A stretch of DNA of 63,973 nt, the filler included, from Deltaproteobacteria bacterium (GTDB taxonomy: Bacteria; JAUYMQ01), in the NCBI GenBank assembly GCA_030698575.1. It is 8 parts of 8 records of this genome, joined end to end, with 100 filler letters (N's around TTAATTAATTAA, not from the genome) between each part and the next. Parts side by side here need not be neighbours in the genome. Positions count along the whole stretch, not along the records: positions 47,768 to 50,951 come from JAUYMQ010000319.1; positions 51,052 to 56,087 come from JAUYMQ010000327.1; positions 56,188 to 61,257 come from JAUYMQ010000331.1; positions 61,358 to 63,973 come from JAUYMQ010000466.1; 4 more parts are not named here. One strand, given 5' to 3'. Both the position numbers and the translations under genes were made by a program. Position 1 is the first letter of the stretch. The number at the start of each line of letters is the position of its first letter. The notes under the pieces are model-generated. The model made no database searches. It was not told the DNA's origin and was given only the letters and a program-made list of their open reading frames with translations. Of this stretch, positions 49,077 to 61,834 are shown in pieces.

Positions 49077-50726
49077 ATGCGCTCGCGCATGAAGCTGGGT
49101 GATTTCCTTGTCGCCTATCTGAAGAAGATCGGCACGACCCACCTATTCGGCATTCCCGGCGATCTCGTCCTCAAGCTCTTCCTTCAATTCGCCAGGCCCA
49201 AGGGACTCAAGATCATCACGCTCTCGCACGAGCCGGGCGTGGGCTTCGCCGCCGACGCTTACGCGCGCGCGAGCGGGCGCATAGGCGTCGTGTGCGTCAC
49301 CTACGGCGCGGGCGGCTTCAACATCATGAACCCGCTTGCCGGATCCTTCAGTGAAAAGGTCCCCATCCTGGTGATCAGCGGCGGCCCCGGCGAGGACGAG
49401 CGCAAGCTCGGGCAGCTCATTCATCACCAGGCCAAGGAGATCGAGTCGCAGTTCAAGGTGTTCAGCGAGGTCACCTGCGCCGCGCGCGTGATCGACGATC
49501 CCGAAACGGCCGCGCGCGACATCGACGCCGTGATCCGGAGCATCTGGATGAACCGGCGCCCCGGTTATCTGGAGATCCACCGCGACATGGTCGATCAGAT
49601 GGTTCCCGTGCCCGCGGATCTGCGTGACGGAAAGTTCGAGCTGCCCGAGCCGCAGTCGGATCAGCGCAAGGTGGTCGAGGCGGCGCGCGAGACGGCCGAG
49701 CGGTTCAACCGCGCCAAAAAGCCGTTGCTCATGATCGGCATCGAGGTTCATCGCTACAAGCTGATGCGGAGAATCGTCGATCTCGCCGAGAAGATGGGCG
49801 CGCCCGTGATGACGACGGTGCTGGGCAAGGGCGCGTTCCCCACCGACCATCCGCTCCACATGGGCGTGCACGTGGGACCGCTCTCGCCTCCCCCCCTCCG
49901 CAAGCGCGTCGACGGCGCCGATCTCGTGATCAACCTCGGCACGCTGCTGACCGACATGAACCTGGGCAGCCAGCCGCCGGTCATCACGCGCGGCAAGTCG
50001 ATCTGGGCGGTGGACAACAAGGTGAACGTGAGCTTCCACACGTACACCGAGGTCAACATCCGCGATTTCGTGCGAGCGCTGATGAAATGCAGTATCAAGC
50101 GCCACCGCGAGACGGTGACCTACGTCGACAACCTGCCGAAGAAGCGGGCCTCGGCCGAGAAGAAGCTCCGCGTGGCGGATCTGCTGAGCGAGATAAACGC
50201 GTTCCTCGAGAAGCGGGACGACTACATGGTGGTGGCCGAGTCGGGCGATTCGCTGTTCGCGGGGCTCGAGATACGCGCCCCGGGCGGGATGTACCTGGCG
50301 CAGGGTTACTACGCGAGCATGGGCTTCGCGGTTCCGGGATCGCTCGGCGCCCAGCTCGGCTGCAAGCGCCGCCCGCTGGTGCTCTGCGGCGACGGCGGCT
50401 TCCAGATGACGGGGCCCGAGATCGCGCAGGCACCGAGGTACGGGCTGAACCCCGTCGTCGTGCTGCTGAACAACGGCGGCTGGGGAATCTTCCGTCCCGT
50501 GACGGCGCGCCCCGATCTGCTGGAGATCCCCGCCTGGCCCTACGCCGAGCTTGCGAAATCCTGGGGCGGGTCAGGCTTCAGCGCCGAGACCATCGGCGAG
50601 TTCCGCGGCGCCCTCAAGGCCGCTGCCAAAGGGCCGGGCTTCGCGATCATCGAATGCCGCATCGGCCCGAAAGACCTCTCCCCCATCTCCGTCAAGTACA
50701 TCAAGGGAAGCGTGCGCAGGAAATAA
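49077..50726 (+). CDS. ipdC: ThDP-dependent indolepyruvate/phenylpyruvate decarboxylase
   Basis: FGIPGD, HEPGVGFAAD, LIHHQ, GDGGFQMTG...NNGGW. Confidence 0.82.
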   Translation: MRSRMKLGDFLVAYLKKIGTTHLFGIPGDLVLKLFLQFARPKGLKIITLSHEPGVGFAADAYARASGRIGVVCVTYGAGGFNIMNPLAGSFSEKVPILVISGGPGEDERKLGQLIHHQAKEIESQFKVFSEVTCAARVIDDPETAARDIDAVIRSIWMNRRPGYLEIHRDMVDQMVPVPADLRDGKFELPEPQSDQRKVVEAARETAERFNRAKKPLLMIGIEVHRYKLMRRIVDLAEKMGAPVMTTVLGKGAFPTDHPLHMGVHVGPLSPPPLRKRVDGADLVINLGTLLTDMNLGSQPPVITRGKSIWAVDNKVNVSFHTYTEVNIRDFVRALMKCSIKRHRETVTYVDNLPKKRASAEKKLRVADLLSEINAFLEKRDDYMVVAESGDSLFAGLEIRAPGGMYLAQGYYASMGFAVPGSLGAQLGCKRRPLVLCGDGGFQMTGPEIAQAPRYGLNPVVVLLNNGGWGIFRPVTARPDLLEIPAWPYAELAKSWGGSGFSAETIGEFRGALKAAAKGPGFAIIECRIGPKDLSPISVKYIKGSVRRK

Positions 50727-50762
50727 ACGGCCGCGGTCCGTGCCACCTCCGGTAACAGTTCG

Positions 50763-50951
50763 TCACGCGCGCTTGAAACGGGCCCGCGCTTCCTCGATAA
50801 CCTTCAGCGCCGCCTCACGATCCTCCCATCCCTCGACGCCGGTCTTCTTCTCCTCCAGCTCCTTGTAAGTCTTGAAGAAGTGCTCGATCTCCTTCAGGAG
50901 GTGGGGCGGCAGGTCAGCCATGCGCTCGATCTTGTTCCAGAGCGGATCGTG
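50763..50951 (-). CDS. ppa: Inorganic pyrophosphatase C-terminus (5' truncated)
   Basis: Hand translation gives DP..DLPPHLLKEIEHFFKTYKELE..EGW. Confidence 0.85.
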   Translation of the reverse strand, partial: HDPLWNKIERMADLPPHLLKEIEHFFKTYKELEEKKTGVEGWEDREAALKVIEEARARFKRA

Positions 50952-51051
50952 NNNNNNNNNNNNNNNNNNNNNNNNNNNNNNNNNNNNNNNNNNNNTTAAT
51001 TAATTAANNNNNNNNNNNNNNNNNNNNNNNNNNNNNNNNNNNNNNNNNNNN
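50952..51051. other. Artificial contig-join linker
   Basis: N-TTAATTAATTAA-N. Confidence 0.99.
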
Positions 51052-54630
<3,579 letters not shown>

Positions 54631-54645
54631 ATTGATTGAGGCAGC

Positions 54646-55092
54646 ATGGACAAGCAACTCGCCAACTACTTTTTCGAGGAGGCATCCAAGGCTTTCGCCT
54701 TCGTGGTGACCGAACATTCCTTCGCTGCCCCACAGCTTGACGTTAATGACAAAATCAACTTCGCGTTCGTCACCTTCATGGGAAAAAACCTCGCCATCGA
54801 GTGCAGCCTGGACGAACGCGAAGGCGACATCGCTTGCATAATCGCCCGTGTCATTGACGGCAAGAGAGCAACCTACCGCGACGCGGTTGACGAACGCGAC
54901 GAGCATGGAGTGCGAGTCCGTGTATATCTGAGGAGACTGTTAGAACAGCGAGGTGTTAGAGAACGTCTCTTGACACGTTCTGGAGGGCTTGAACTCCGCG
55001 AACGAATCAAGGTCAGGCTGGCGGACTTTGCTCAAATGCTCAGGAAGCACGGCCAAGAAGTTTTGAACGACTCTCCGACCGCGTTGGCATAA
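54646..55092 (+). CDS. Probable cognate immunity protein
   Basis: 15 bp after the RHS stop; same lower-GC composition as the toxin tip. Confidence 0.65.
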   Translation: MDKQLANYFFEEASKAFAFVVTEHSFAAPQLDVNDKINFAFVTFMGKNLAIECSLDEREGDIACIIARVIDGKRATYRDAVDERDEHGVRVRVYLRRLLEQRGVRERLLTRSGGLELRERIKVRLADFAQMLRKHGQEVLNDSPTALA

Positions 55093-55410
55093 ACGCCCCA
55101 ATCCCAACCGCCGGTGTCCCGCCCGGAACGCTCGCAGACGCGCGCCGTCAGGCCGGCTGCGAAATCAAAGGCCAGCCGTCCTGCCGTCCCGCGCCTGCTC
55201 GCAAAGACAACATCAGTCTGCCCGTGCCGTTCGTCGTCACCGGCAGAAAATAAACGACCGCTGACGCTGTCCGGAAACTCTGGTTCGCTCTCGCTCAAAA
55301 CTCCGGATGGATGCGCGCCAGTGAGGACGTGCTCCGTGGGGCAGCCAGGGGCGTGACGGGCGCGAGGCGTGCGGAGCGGATATATGCCGCACAATATCGT
55401 GATAGCTTGA

Positions 55411-55587
55411 GTTGCCGCTCCTCTGCCGCAGGCGCAACCCAGAGGAGCCTTGGAGGTGCCATCGGGCATTTTCTCTTCTCCGACGAAAGTCCGTTCAAGA
55501 TTCAATATGCCGGGGGGCGGCCTTGAGCGAACAGCTCCCGGTGATCTGGACATTCCGGCGAGGGTCATTGATGAACTTGAATTCTAA
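55411..55587 (+). pseudogene. Orphan toxin C-terminal fragment
   Basis: Startless frame ...PRGALEVP...KVRSRFNMPGGGLER...EF*, immediately before a small ORF. Confidence 0.4.
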
Positions 55588-55607
55588 CTTAACCAGCGGA
55601 GTGGAGC

Positions 55608-55976
55608 TTGATCGGCATTAGCAACGTGCAAATCAAGTGGAGCGATCCGTGGGATCTCGGTGAGTCCTTTGGGTGGCAACCACTTCGCGCAAAAATCATT
55701 GCGGAGAGAGACGACCAACACGGAGGATCCATATTGCTCAAGTTGGAGAAGCCATTTGTGTACAAGGATACGAGATGTGAGTACTTCGTTGCATCACCGC
55801 GTCATGAAGCCTCGGAGGTCGGAGAAATCGCCGTCGGCAGGCCGGTGTTCTGCGCCCTAACGCAAGTTCCTCAAGATCGGATAGATGCTGAAGACCCCTT
55901 CGATCTTAGCTGGTGGCGCGGCGGCATAGCTGGTCTGGCGGAGATCATGGCTGAGCAGTCCGTGACTGGAGAGTAA
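55608..55976 (+). CDS. Putative orphan immunity protein
   Basis: GGAG RBS and TTG start; lower GC; lies within the RHS cassette array. Confidence 0.55.
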   Translation: MIGISNVQIKWSDPWDLGESFGWQPLRAKIIAERDDQHGGSILLKLEKPFVYKDTRCEYFVASPRHEASEVGEIAVGRPVFCALTQVPQDRIDAEDPFDLSWWRGGIAGLAEIMAEQSVTGE

Positions 55977-56025
55977 AGGTTTTCGGAAGAGTGCAAGCTG
56001 CCCCCATCACGCACTGGAGGCTGTA

Positions 56026-56087
56026 GGGCGCACCGGCAACACCTCCACCCAGACCCTCCGCTACCTCCCCTTCGGCAGTGTTTCCAG
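56026..56087 (+). repeat. Diverged copy of the RHS core start (next orphan cassette)
   Basis: GRTGNTSTQTLRYLPFGSVS versus [20 protein letters not shown] (53512-53573). Confidence 0.8.
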
Positions 56088-56187
56088 NNNNNNNNNNNNN
56101 NNNNNNNNNNNNNNNNNNNNNNNNNNNNNNNTTAATTAATTAANNNNNNNNNNNNNNNNNNNNNNNNNNNNNNNNNNNNNNNNNNNN
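56088..56187. other. Artificial contig-join linker
   Basis: N-TTAATTAATTAA-N. Confidence 0.99.
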
Positions 56188-56189
56188 TC

Positions 56190-57545
56190 GATCAGAATCT
56201 CGGAGGATCGGGCGGGACGGTGATTCGAATCGATCCCACCACCGGGACGCAGTACGTGGTGGCGTCGGGCGTCTATTTCTCCGATCCCTTCGGCATCCTG
56301 TCCGTTCCCGAGGACTTCACGCCGCCCGCTACCCCGCCCGCCAGCCCCGGCGACATCCTCGTGAGCGACTTCAGCGCCTTCGGCGGGACCGGCGGGCTCC
56401 TTCGCGTCAGCTCCCAGACCGGCGCGCAGACGGCCCTCTCCTCCGGAATAAACTTCGACGAGCCCTTCGGCATCGCCTTCGAGAGCGACGGCGACGTCGT
56501 GGTCGCCGACCGCGTGCGGGGGATCATTCGCGTGAACCCGATCACGGGAACGCAAACGGTCCTCTCGACAGGCGGGCTCCTCACGAGCCCCTCGGGAATC
56601 GCGGTCGAGAGCAGCGGTCATCTCGTGGTCACCAATCCGGCCACGGCGCAGGTGCTCCGCATCGGCCCGACAACCGGGTTCCAGTCGGTGGTGAGCGCGG
56701 GAGGGCTCCTGCTGAACCCCATCGGCATCGCGATGGAAACGAGCGGGTACCTGGTAGTAGCCGACCGGGACGCCTTCGGCGGGAGCGGCGGCCTCATCCG
56801 GGTCGATCCGGTTTCAGGCGCGCAGGCTGCCATCTCGTCGGGAGGGCTCTTCTCGAATCCGATCGGGGTTGCCGTGGAGGCGAGCGGCGATCTGGTCGTT
56901 GCTGACGCGAGCGCGACGAGCGTCGTTCGCGTCGACCCGGTGAGCGGCGCGCAGGCGGCGGTTTCTTCCGGGGGGAGCCTCGTCGCGCCCTTCGGCATCG
57001 CGCTCGAGGCAGGCGGCGACATTCTGGTGTTCGATCAGGGCGCGAGCGGGCTACTGGGAGCGGTGATCCGGGTCGATCCGGTCACCGGGGCGCAGACGGT
57101 TCTTTCATCGGGCGGAAGCTTCGCCGATCCCTTCGGCATCGCAGTCGTGCCCCCCCTCCTCCCGAACTTCCACACCGAGTTGTTTTACGGCACGACGGAG
57201 GGAGGCTCGGTGAGCTTCATGGTGAACGGGGTGACGATCGTCGTGACGACGCGCGGGGGCGCCTCGGCGGCCCAGGTCGCCCGTGCAATCGCCGCAGCCA
57301 TAAACGCGAACGCGAAGCTCAAGGCGGCCGGGATCACGGCCACCGTGGTGGAAAACTCGGTCAACGTGAACGGCGAGCTGAACGGAATAAGCATCACCGA
57401 CCCGGGCATCCAGTCCGGTCCCATCGAGTCGATCCCCACCCTTTCGGGTCTTTCGACAGCACTGCTCGTCCTGCTGCTCCTCCTCGCCGGGGTTTGCCTG
57501 ATCCGCCGGCAGGGCGGTGCGCACCGCCCCCCGGGGGCCGCCTGA
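56190..57545 (+). CDS. NHL-like beta-propeller protein with IPTL-CTERM (5' truncated)
   Basis: Repeats P.GIA.E..GD..V.D...RVDP.TGAQ; C-terminal SIPTLS + TM + RR. Confidence 0.82.
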   Translation, partial: DQNLGGSGGTVIRIDPTTGTQYVVASGVYFSDPFGILSVPEDFTPPATPPASPGDILVSDFSAFGGTGGLLRVSSQTGAQTALSSGINFDEPFGIAFESDGDVVVADRVRGIIRVNPITGTQTVLSTGGLLTSPSGIAVESSGHLVVTNPATAQVLRIGPTTGFQSVVSAGGLLLNPIGIAMETSGYLVVADRDAFGGSGGLIRVDPVSGAQAAISSGGLFSNPIGVAVEASGDLVVADASATSVVRVDPVSGAQAAVSSGGSLVAPFGIALEAGGDILVFDQGASGLLGAVIRVDPVTGAQTVLSSGGSFADPFGIAVVPPLLPNFHTELFYGTTEGGSVSFMVNGVTIVVTTRGGASAAQVARAIAAAINANAKLKAAGITATVVENSVNVNGELNGISITDPGIQSGPIESIPTLSGLSTALLVLLLLLAGVCLIRRQGGAHRPPGAA

Positions 57546-57801
57546 TCGGTCCGCGCCACCCCTCTCCTGACCCTCCCGAGCCCCCCAGGGGTCTAAAGCG
57601 CTACCACAAAGTTCCGATAAGCCCACCGTCGAGGTTTCCATCGACCCGTATCGCATACGGAGTCCAAACCTGAGCAACGAAAGGCGCTCCCCCTCGTCGG
57701 GCGAGTCGCCACCCCCTGTGCGCGGGGAATCCGCTGGCGCCAAGCAGGACATGCGATACGGCGGCTGCGCCATACCCTGAGCTCGGGGAGGTCTGGATCC
57801 C

Positions 57802-59505
57802 ATGATCAAGCAACGGCTTCGCATCCTTCTGATTGAAGAGAACGCCCTCGACGCACGCATCGCCGAGGATTTCCTTCAAGAGGAAGCCCCCGGTTCCTAC
57901 GTCATCCAGCGCGCTGCTTCGATGTCGGACGCGATCGTTGCGCTGGCCGAACGCCCTTTCGATGCTGCGCTGCTCGACCTGACGCTGCCCGACTCCGACG
58001 GCGAGCGCACGGTGGGCCGCATTCGCAACGTGGACAGCAACCTTCCGATAGTCGTTCTCAGTCACCACGACAGCGAGCGCCTGACCACGCAGTCGCTCCG
58101 GGCGGGCGCCCAGGAGTATCTGATCAAGGAACATATCGACGGCCGTCTGCTCCGCCGGGCGATCCAGTACGCCCTTGAACGCAAGAGAATCGAGCGGCGC
58201 ATCGAGTACATCCTGAGCTACGATGATCTCACCAAAATCTGGAACAGGCGCACTTTTTACGAGCGCGCAAAAACGGCCATCGCGCAGGCGAAGCGGTATC
58301 ACCGCGTCGCAGCCCTCTTGCTCATGGACCTCGATCAGTTCAAGGCGGCAAACGATCTGCTCGGACAGGCGGGCGGCGACGAGCTTCTGCGGATGGTCGC
58401 TAGACGCCTGACCGGCACCGTCAGGGAAACCGACACGCTCGCGCGCGCCGGCGGGGACGAGTTCGCCATCTTCCTGACGGAGGTCAAGAAGGCCGACGAC
58501 GTGAGTTTGTTCGTGAGACGCGTCGCCGCGTCGTTCCAGAAGCCCTTTGTGTTCGAGGGACGGGAAATCTTCGTGACCGCCAGCTTCGGCTCGAGCCTGC
58601 ACCCGGAGGACGGCGACAACGTCGACGCCCTTCTGAAGAACGCCGAACTGGCAATGGCGTCGGCGAAGCGGGCTGGACGGAACATTCACCACTTCCACTC
58701 ACCGATCCTGAACGCCAAGGAGGAGAAGCGGTCGAAGATGCTGGTCGCGCTGCGGCGTGCGCTTCAGAATTCGCAGTTCCGGCTGTGCTATCAGCCGCTG
58801 ATCGACATAAAAACGTCGAAGATAATCGGATCCGAAGCGCTGCTCCGGTGGGATCACCCGGTGTGGGGACTCGTCCCCCCGGACGAATTCGTCCCGCTTG
58901 CCGAAGACCTGGGGCTGATCGTCCCCATTGGGCAGTGGGTGCTGGTCGAGGCTTGCCGCCAGGCGCAGCGGTGGGAGGATGCACTGGGGAGACACCTGGG
59001 CATTTCCGTGAACATCAGCGCGCTTCAGCTCAACCACCAGGATCTTCCCGAGATCATCTCGAAGGTGCTGGAGGAGACGAAGCTGGATCCAAAAATGCTG
59101 GAGCTGGAACTGACGGAGAGCAGCTTTGTGCAGGACGAGGATGCGGCGCTGGACATGATCGCCAGGATTAGGAAGATGGGGATCAGCATTGCGATCGACG
59201 ATTTCGGCACGGGCTACTCGTCGCTACGCTACCTGAACAAGCTCCCCGTCGACAAGCTGAAGATCGATCGAAGTTTCATTTCCGACCTGGGAACCGATCC
59301 CGACAGGGGAACCATGGTCGAGGCCATCATCGCGATGGCGCGAAGCCTCAGGCTCGGCGTGATCGCCGAAGGGGTGGAGACAAGCGAGCAGCGCGAGATC
59401 CTGATGTCGCTGGGCTGTACCGTGATGCAGGGATTCTACTTTTCGCCCGCGATCTCGGCGCTGGAAATGGACCGGCTTCTGGAAGAGGATCGGAACTGGG
59501 ACTAG
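57802..59505 (+). CDS. REC-GGDEF-EAL c-di-GMP signalling protein
   Basis: LLDLTLPD; GGDEF; EALLRW, DDFGTGYSSL, EGVE. Confidence 0.93.
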   Translation: MIKQRLRILLIEENALDARIAEDFLQEEAPGSYVIQRAASMSDAIVALAERPFDAALLDLTLPDSDGERTVGRIRNVDSNLPIVVLSHHDSERLTTQSLRAGAQEYLIKEHIDGRLLRRAIQYALERKRIERRIEYILSYDDLTKIWNRRTFYERAKTAIAQAKRYHRVAALLLMDLDQFKAANDLLGQAGGDELLRMVARRLTGTVRETDTLARAGGDEFAIFLTEVKKADDVSLFVRRVAASFQKPFVFEGREIFVTASFGSSLHPEDGDNVDALLKNAELAMASAKRAGRNIHHFHSPILNAKEEKRSKMLVALRRALQNSQFRLCYQPLIDIKTSKIIGSEALLRWDHPVWGLVPPDEFVPLAEDLGLIVPIGQWVLVEACRQAQRWEDALGRHLGISVNISALQLNHQDLPEIISKVLEETKLDPKMLELELTESSFVQDEDAALDMIARIRKMGISIAIDDFGTGYSSLRYLNKLPVDKLKIDRSFISDLGTDPDRGTMVEAIIAMARSLRLGVIAEGVETSEQREILMSLGCTVMQGFYFSPAISALEMDRLLEEDRNWD

Positions 59506-59523
59506 GGCCGGAAACGGCCGGGC

Positions 59524-61257
59524 TCACTCCAGCGGGAAGATGACCTGCAGGGCCACCTCCCCTTCCTGAAGGACCTGAACAAGCTGGCCCCGCGGATCGA
59601 AGCCGAGCGGCAGCTTCGCCTTTCCCGGCACCGAGTCAAAGTCGAGCCTGGCTTTGCCGCGAACGACCTCAGCTTCAGCCACCTCCACCCCGCCCACGCG
59701 CAGCGTGCAAAGCCCGTCCTCGACGTCCCGCAGGTTCAACTTCACCTGATCGCGCCCTTGCCTTGAACGGAATTCGATAGTCCCGCGCGCCGCGGAACCT
59801 TCCGTCATCGACTCGAGGGGGGTCCGGATGCGGACTCCCCGCGCCAGTTGCCTGGCCTCCTCCACCGTTGCCGGGAAGTCGACCGTCAGGTAAGTCGTGT
59901 CGCCCTGGCACACCTCGAGCCGCTTGCCCCGCGGATCGAAGCCCGCGCCGGGCTCTTCGGGCGGGGCCGCGGCGCTCTCTTCGATCTGCAGCTTCCCGGC
60001 CTCCGCGGCACTCACCGCCAGCGTCGCCGACGGTTCACCGGAGACCATCACGTCGTAGTCGCCCGCCGCGAGGCGCTTGGCCGACAGCTCGAAACGCACG
60101 TCGCCCCCCTCGGCACGGAAGGTCGCCGCAGCCGTGGCATCGGCGTCAGCGCCCGTGCCCAGCAGATTCACCCTGATGATGATGATCACGCCACCGCCGC
60201 CGCCACCGCCGCCCGGAGGAGGCCCGGGGTAAGGCGGCGGCGCGTCGTCGCACTCGTCCTTGTACTCGTCGTCCCCGTACATGGCGTAGTCGTACATGGC
60301 GTCGCCCTTGCAGCGATCCAGGATGTCACCGAGCACGTAGGCGGCGCCGGAGTTGTTCCCGACGTCGTTCCGGAAGGGAGAGCCCACGATCGCCGATTCC
60401 CAGGAGAGCCCGACGGAGGTGCCGAAGCTATCGAGCGGCGCGAGGTCGGCGGCGGTGATCTTCGCCTCCTGCCGCCACTTCCAGTCATACCGCCGGAAGA
60501 GGTACGCGGCGCCAGAGTTGTCACCCACGTCGTTTCGAAGCGGCGATCCCGCGATTATCGAATTGCCGTCCACGTCCACGGAGGCGCCGAAGTGGTCGAG
60601 GGGCGCCAGATCATGCGGGATGATCCTGGCCTCCTGCTTCCACTTGCCGCCGTCGCGGTGGAACACGTAGGCGGCGCCCGAATTGTCGCCCACCTGGTTG
60701 TGCAGCGGGGCGCCGACAACGATCGTGTCCTTGTAGATCGCAACGGCCCGGCCGAACTCGTCGAGCGGCGCGAGATCGAGCGGCGTGAGCTTCGCCTGCT
60801 GCGTCCAGGTCGAGTAGCTCCGGGTGAAAACGTAAGCCGTGCCCGAATTGTCGCCGACGTCGTTTCGGAGCGGCGCGCCGACAACGATCGTGTCCTTGCT
60901 GATAGCCACCGAAGCGCCGAAGTTGTCGAGGGGGGCCAGGTCACTGGGCAGAAGCTTAGCCTCCTGCACCCAGGTCGAGTACACCTTCCGGAAAACGTAG
61001 GCCGCGCCCGAATCGCTCCCGACGGCGTTGTGAAGCGGGGCGCCGACCACGGCCGTGTCGCCGTGGATGGCCACCGCGCGCCCGAAATCGTCGAAGGGGG
61101 CGAGATCGTTCGAGAGCAACTCGGCGCTCTGGCTCCAAACGGAGTAGTACGGACTGAAGACGTAGGCGGCGCCGGAGTTGTTCCCGACGGCGTTGTGAAG
61201 CGGCGCTCCCACGACGGCGGCATACCGGCTCAGCGCCACCGAGCTGCCGAACTCGTC
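59524..61257 (-). CDS. FG-GAP repeat protein with duplicated C-terminal domain (5' truncated)
   Basis: Six FG..V.....VGAP....SGAAY repeats; Pro/Gly linker; two FDPRG-containing modules. Confidence 0.85.
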   Translation of the reverse strand, partial: DEFGSSVALSRYAAVVGAPLHNAVGNNSGAAYVFSPYYSVWSQSAELLSNDLAPFDDFGRAVAIHGDTAVVGAPLHNAVGSDSGAAYVFRKVYSTWVQEAKLLPSDLAPLDNFGASVAISKDTIVVGAPLRNDVGDNSGTAYVFTRSYSTWTQQAKLTPLDLAPLDEFGRAVAIYKDTIVVGAPLHNQVGDNSGAAYVFHRDGGKWKQEARIIPHDLAPLDHFGASVDVDGNSIIAGSPLRNDVGDNSGAAYLFRRYDWKWRQEAKITAADLAPLDSFGTSVGLSWESAIVGSPFRNDVGNNSGAAYVLGDILDRCKGDAMYDYAMYGDDEYKDECDDAPPPYPGPPPGGGGGGGGVIIIIRVNLLGTGADADATAAATFRAEGGDVRFELSAKRLAAGDYDVMVSGEPSATLAVSAAEAGKLQIEESAAAPPEEPGAGFDPRGKRLEVCQGDTTYLTVDFPATVEEARQLARGVRIRTPLESMTEGSAARGTIEFRSRQGRDQVKLNLRDVEDGLCTLRVGGVEVAEAEVVRGKARLDFDSVPGKAKLPLGFDPRGQLVQVLQEGEVALQVIFPLE

Positions 61258-61357
61258 NNNNNNNNNNNNNNNNNNNNNNNNNNNNNNNNNNNNNNNNNNN
61301 NTTAATTAATTAANNNNNNNNNNNNNNNNNNNNNNNNNNNNNNNNNNNNNNNNNNNN
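61258..61357. other. Artificial contig-join linker
   Basis: N-TTAATTAATTAA-N. Confidence 0.99.
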
Positions 61358-61726
61358 GGCCTTCGCGCCGTTGTTGAACACCCTTTGGACGCGCGGGTGG
61401 GCGCGAAAGAACGACGCATAGTCGTTGGGCACGATCGAGTCCTCGTCGATATCCGCGTCGAGGCTGCTCCCGCGCGTGCACGAGGCGAGCACGTCCCACA
61501 CCGCGATACCGGCATGCTTCAATACCCGAACCCGCCGGGCATAGGGTATATCGGGGCCCGCTCCGAACAGCTCGCCCATGATCGGCCAGAACGCGTTGCG
61601 CGGATGGGCGTAATACTGGTTCGCAAGCAGCGATGCCCTGCCCGGCATGCTGCCCAGGATCAGCAGTGCCGCATCCGGCGCGCCGATCGGGGGAAAACTG
61701 CGGATGTGAGGCTTGCGGCGCATCAT
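61358..61726 (-). CDS. DNA-deoxyinosine glycosylase (UDG superfamily), 3' truncated
   Basis: ILGSMPG.ASL...QYYAHPRNAFW, WDVL, GSSLDADI. Confidence 0.88.
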
Positions 61727-61834
61727 GGCGCGAACCTGCACGGTCCCCGGCAACTCATCGTAGGACGATTCAGCCTCGCTGTGGCCCGCATGGAGCGGCG
61801 GCATCAGTGAGCCGTCGCGACGATCGCCCCTTTA

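Noticed and set aside
57546-57801. c-di-GMP riboswitch upstream of the GGDEF-EAL gene
   Set aside because: The GEMM consensus could not be recognised
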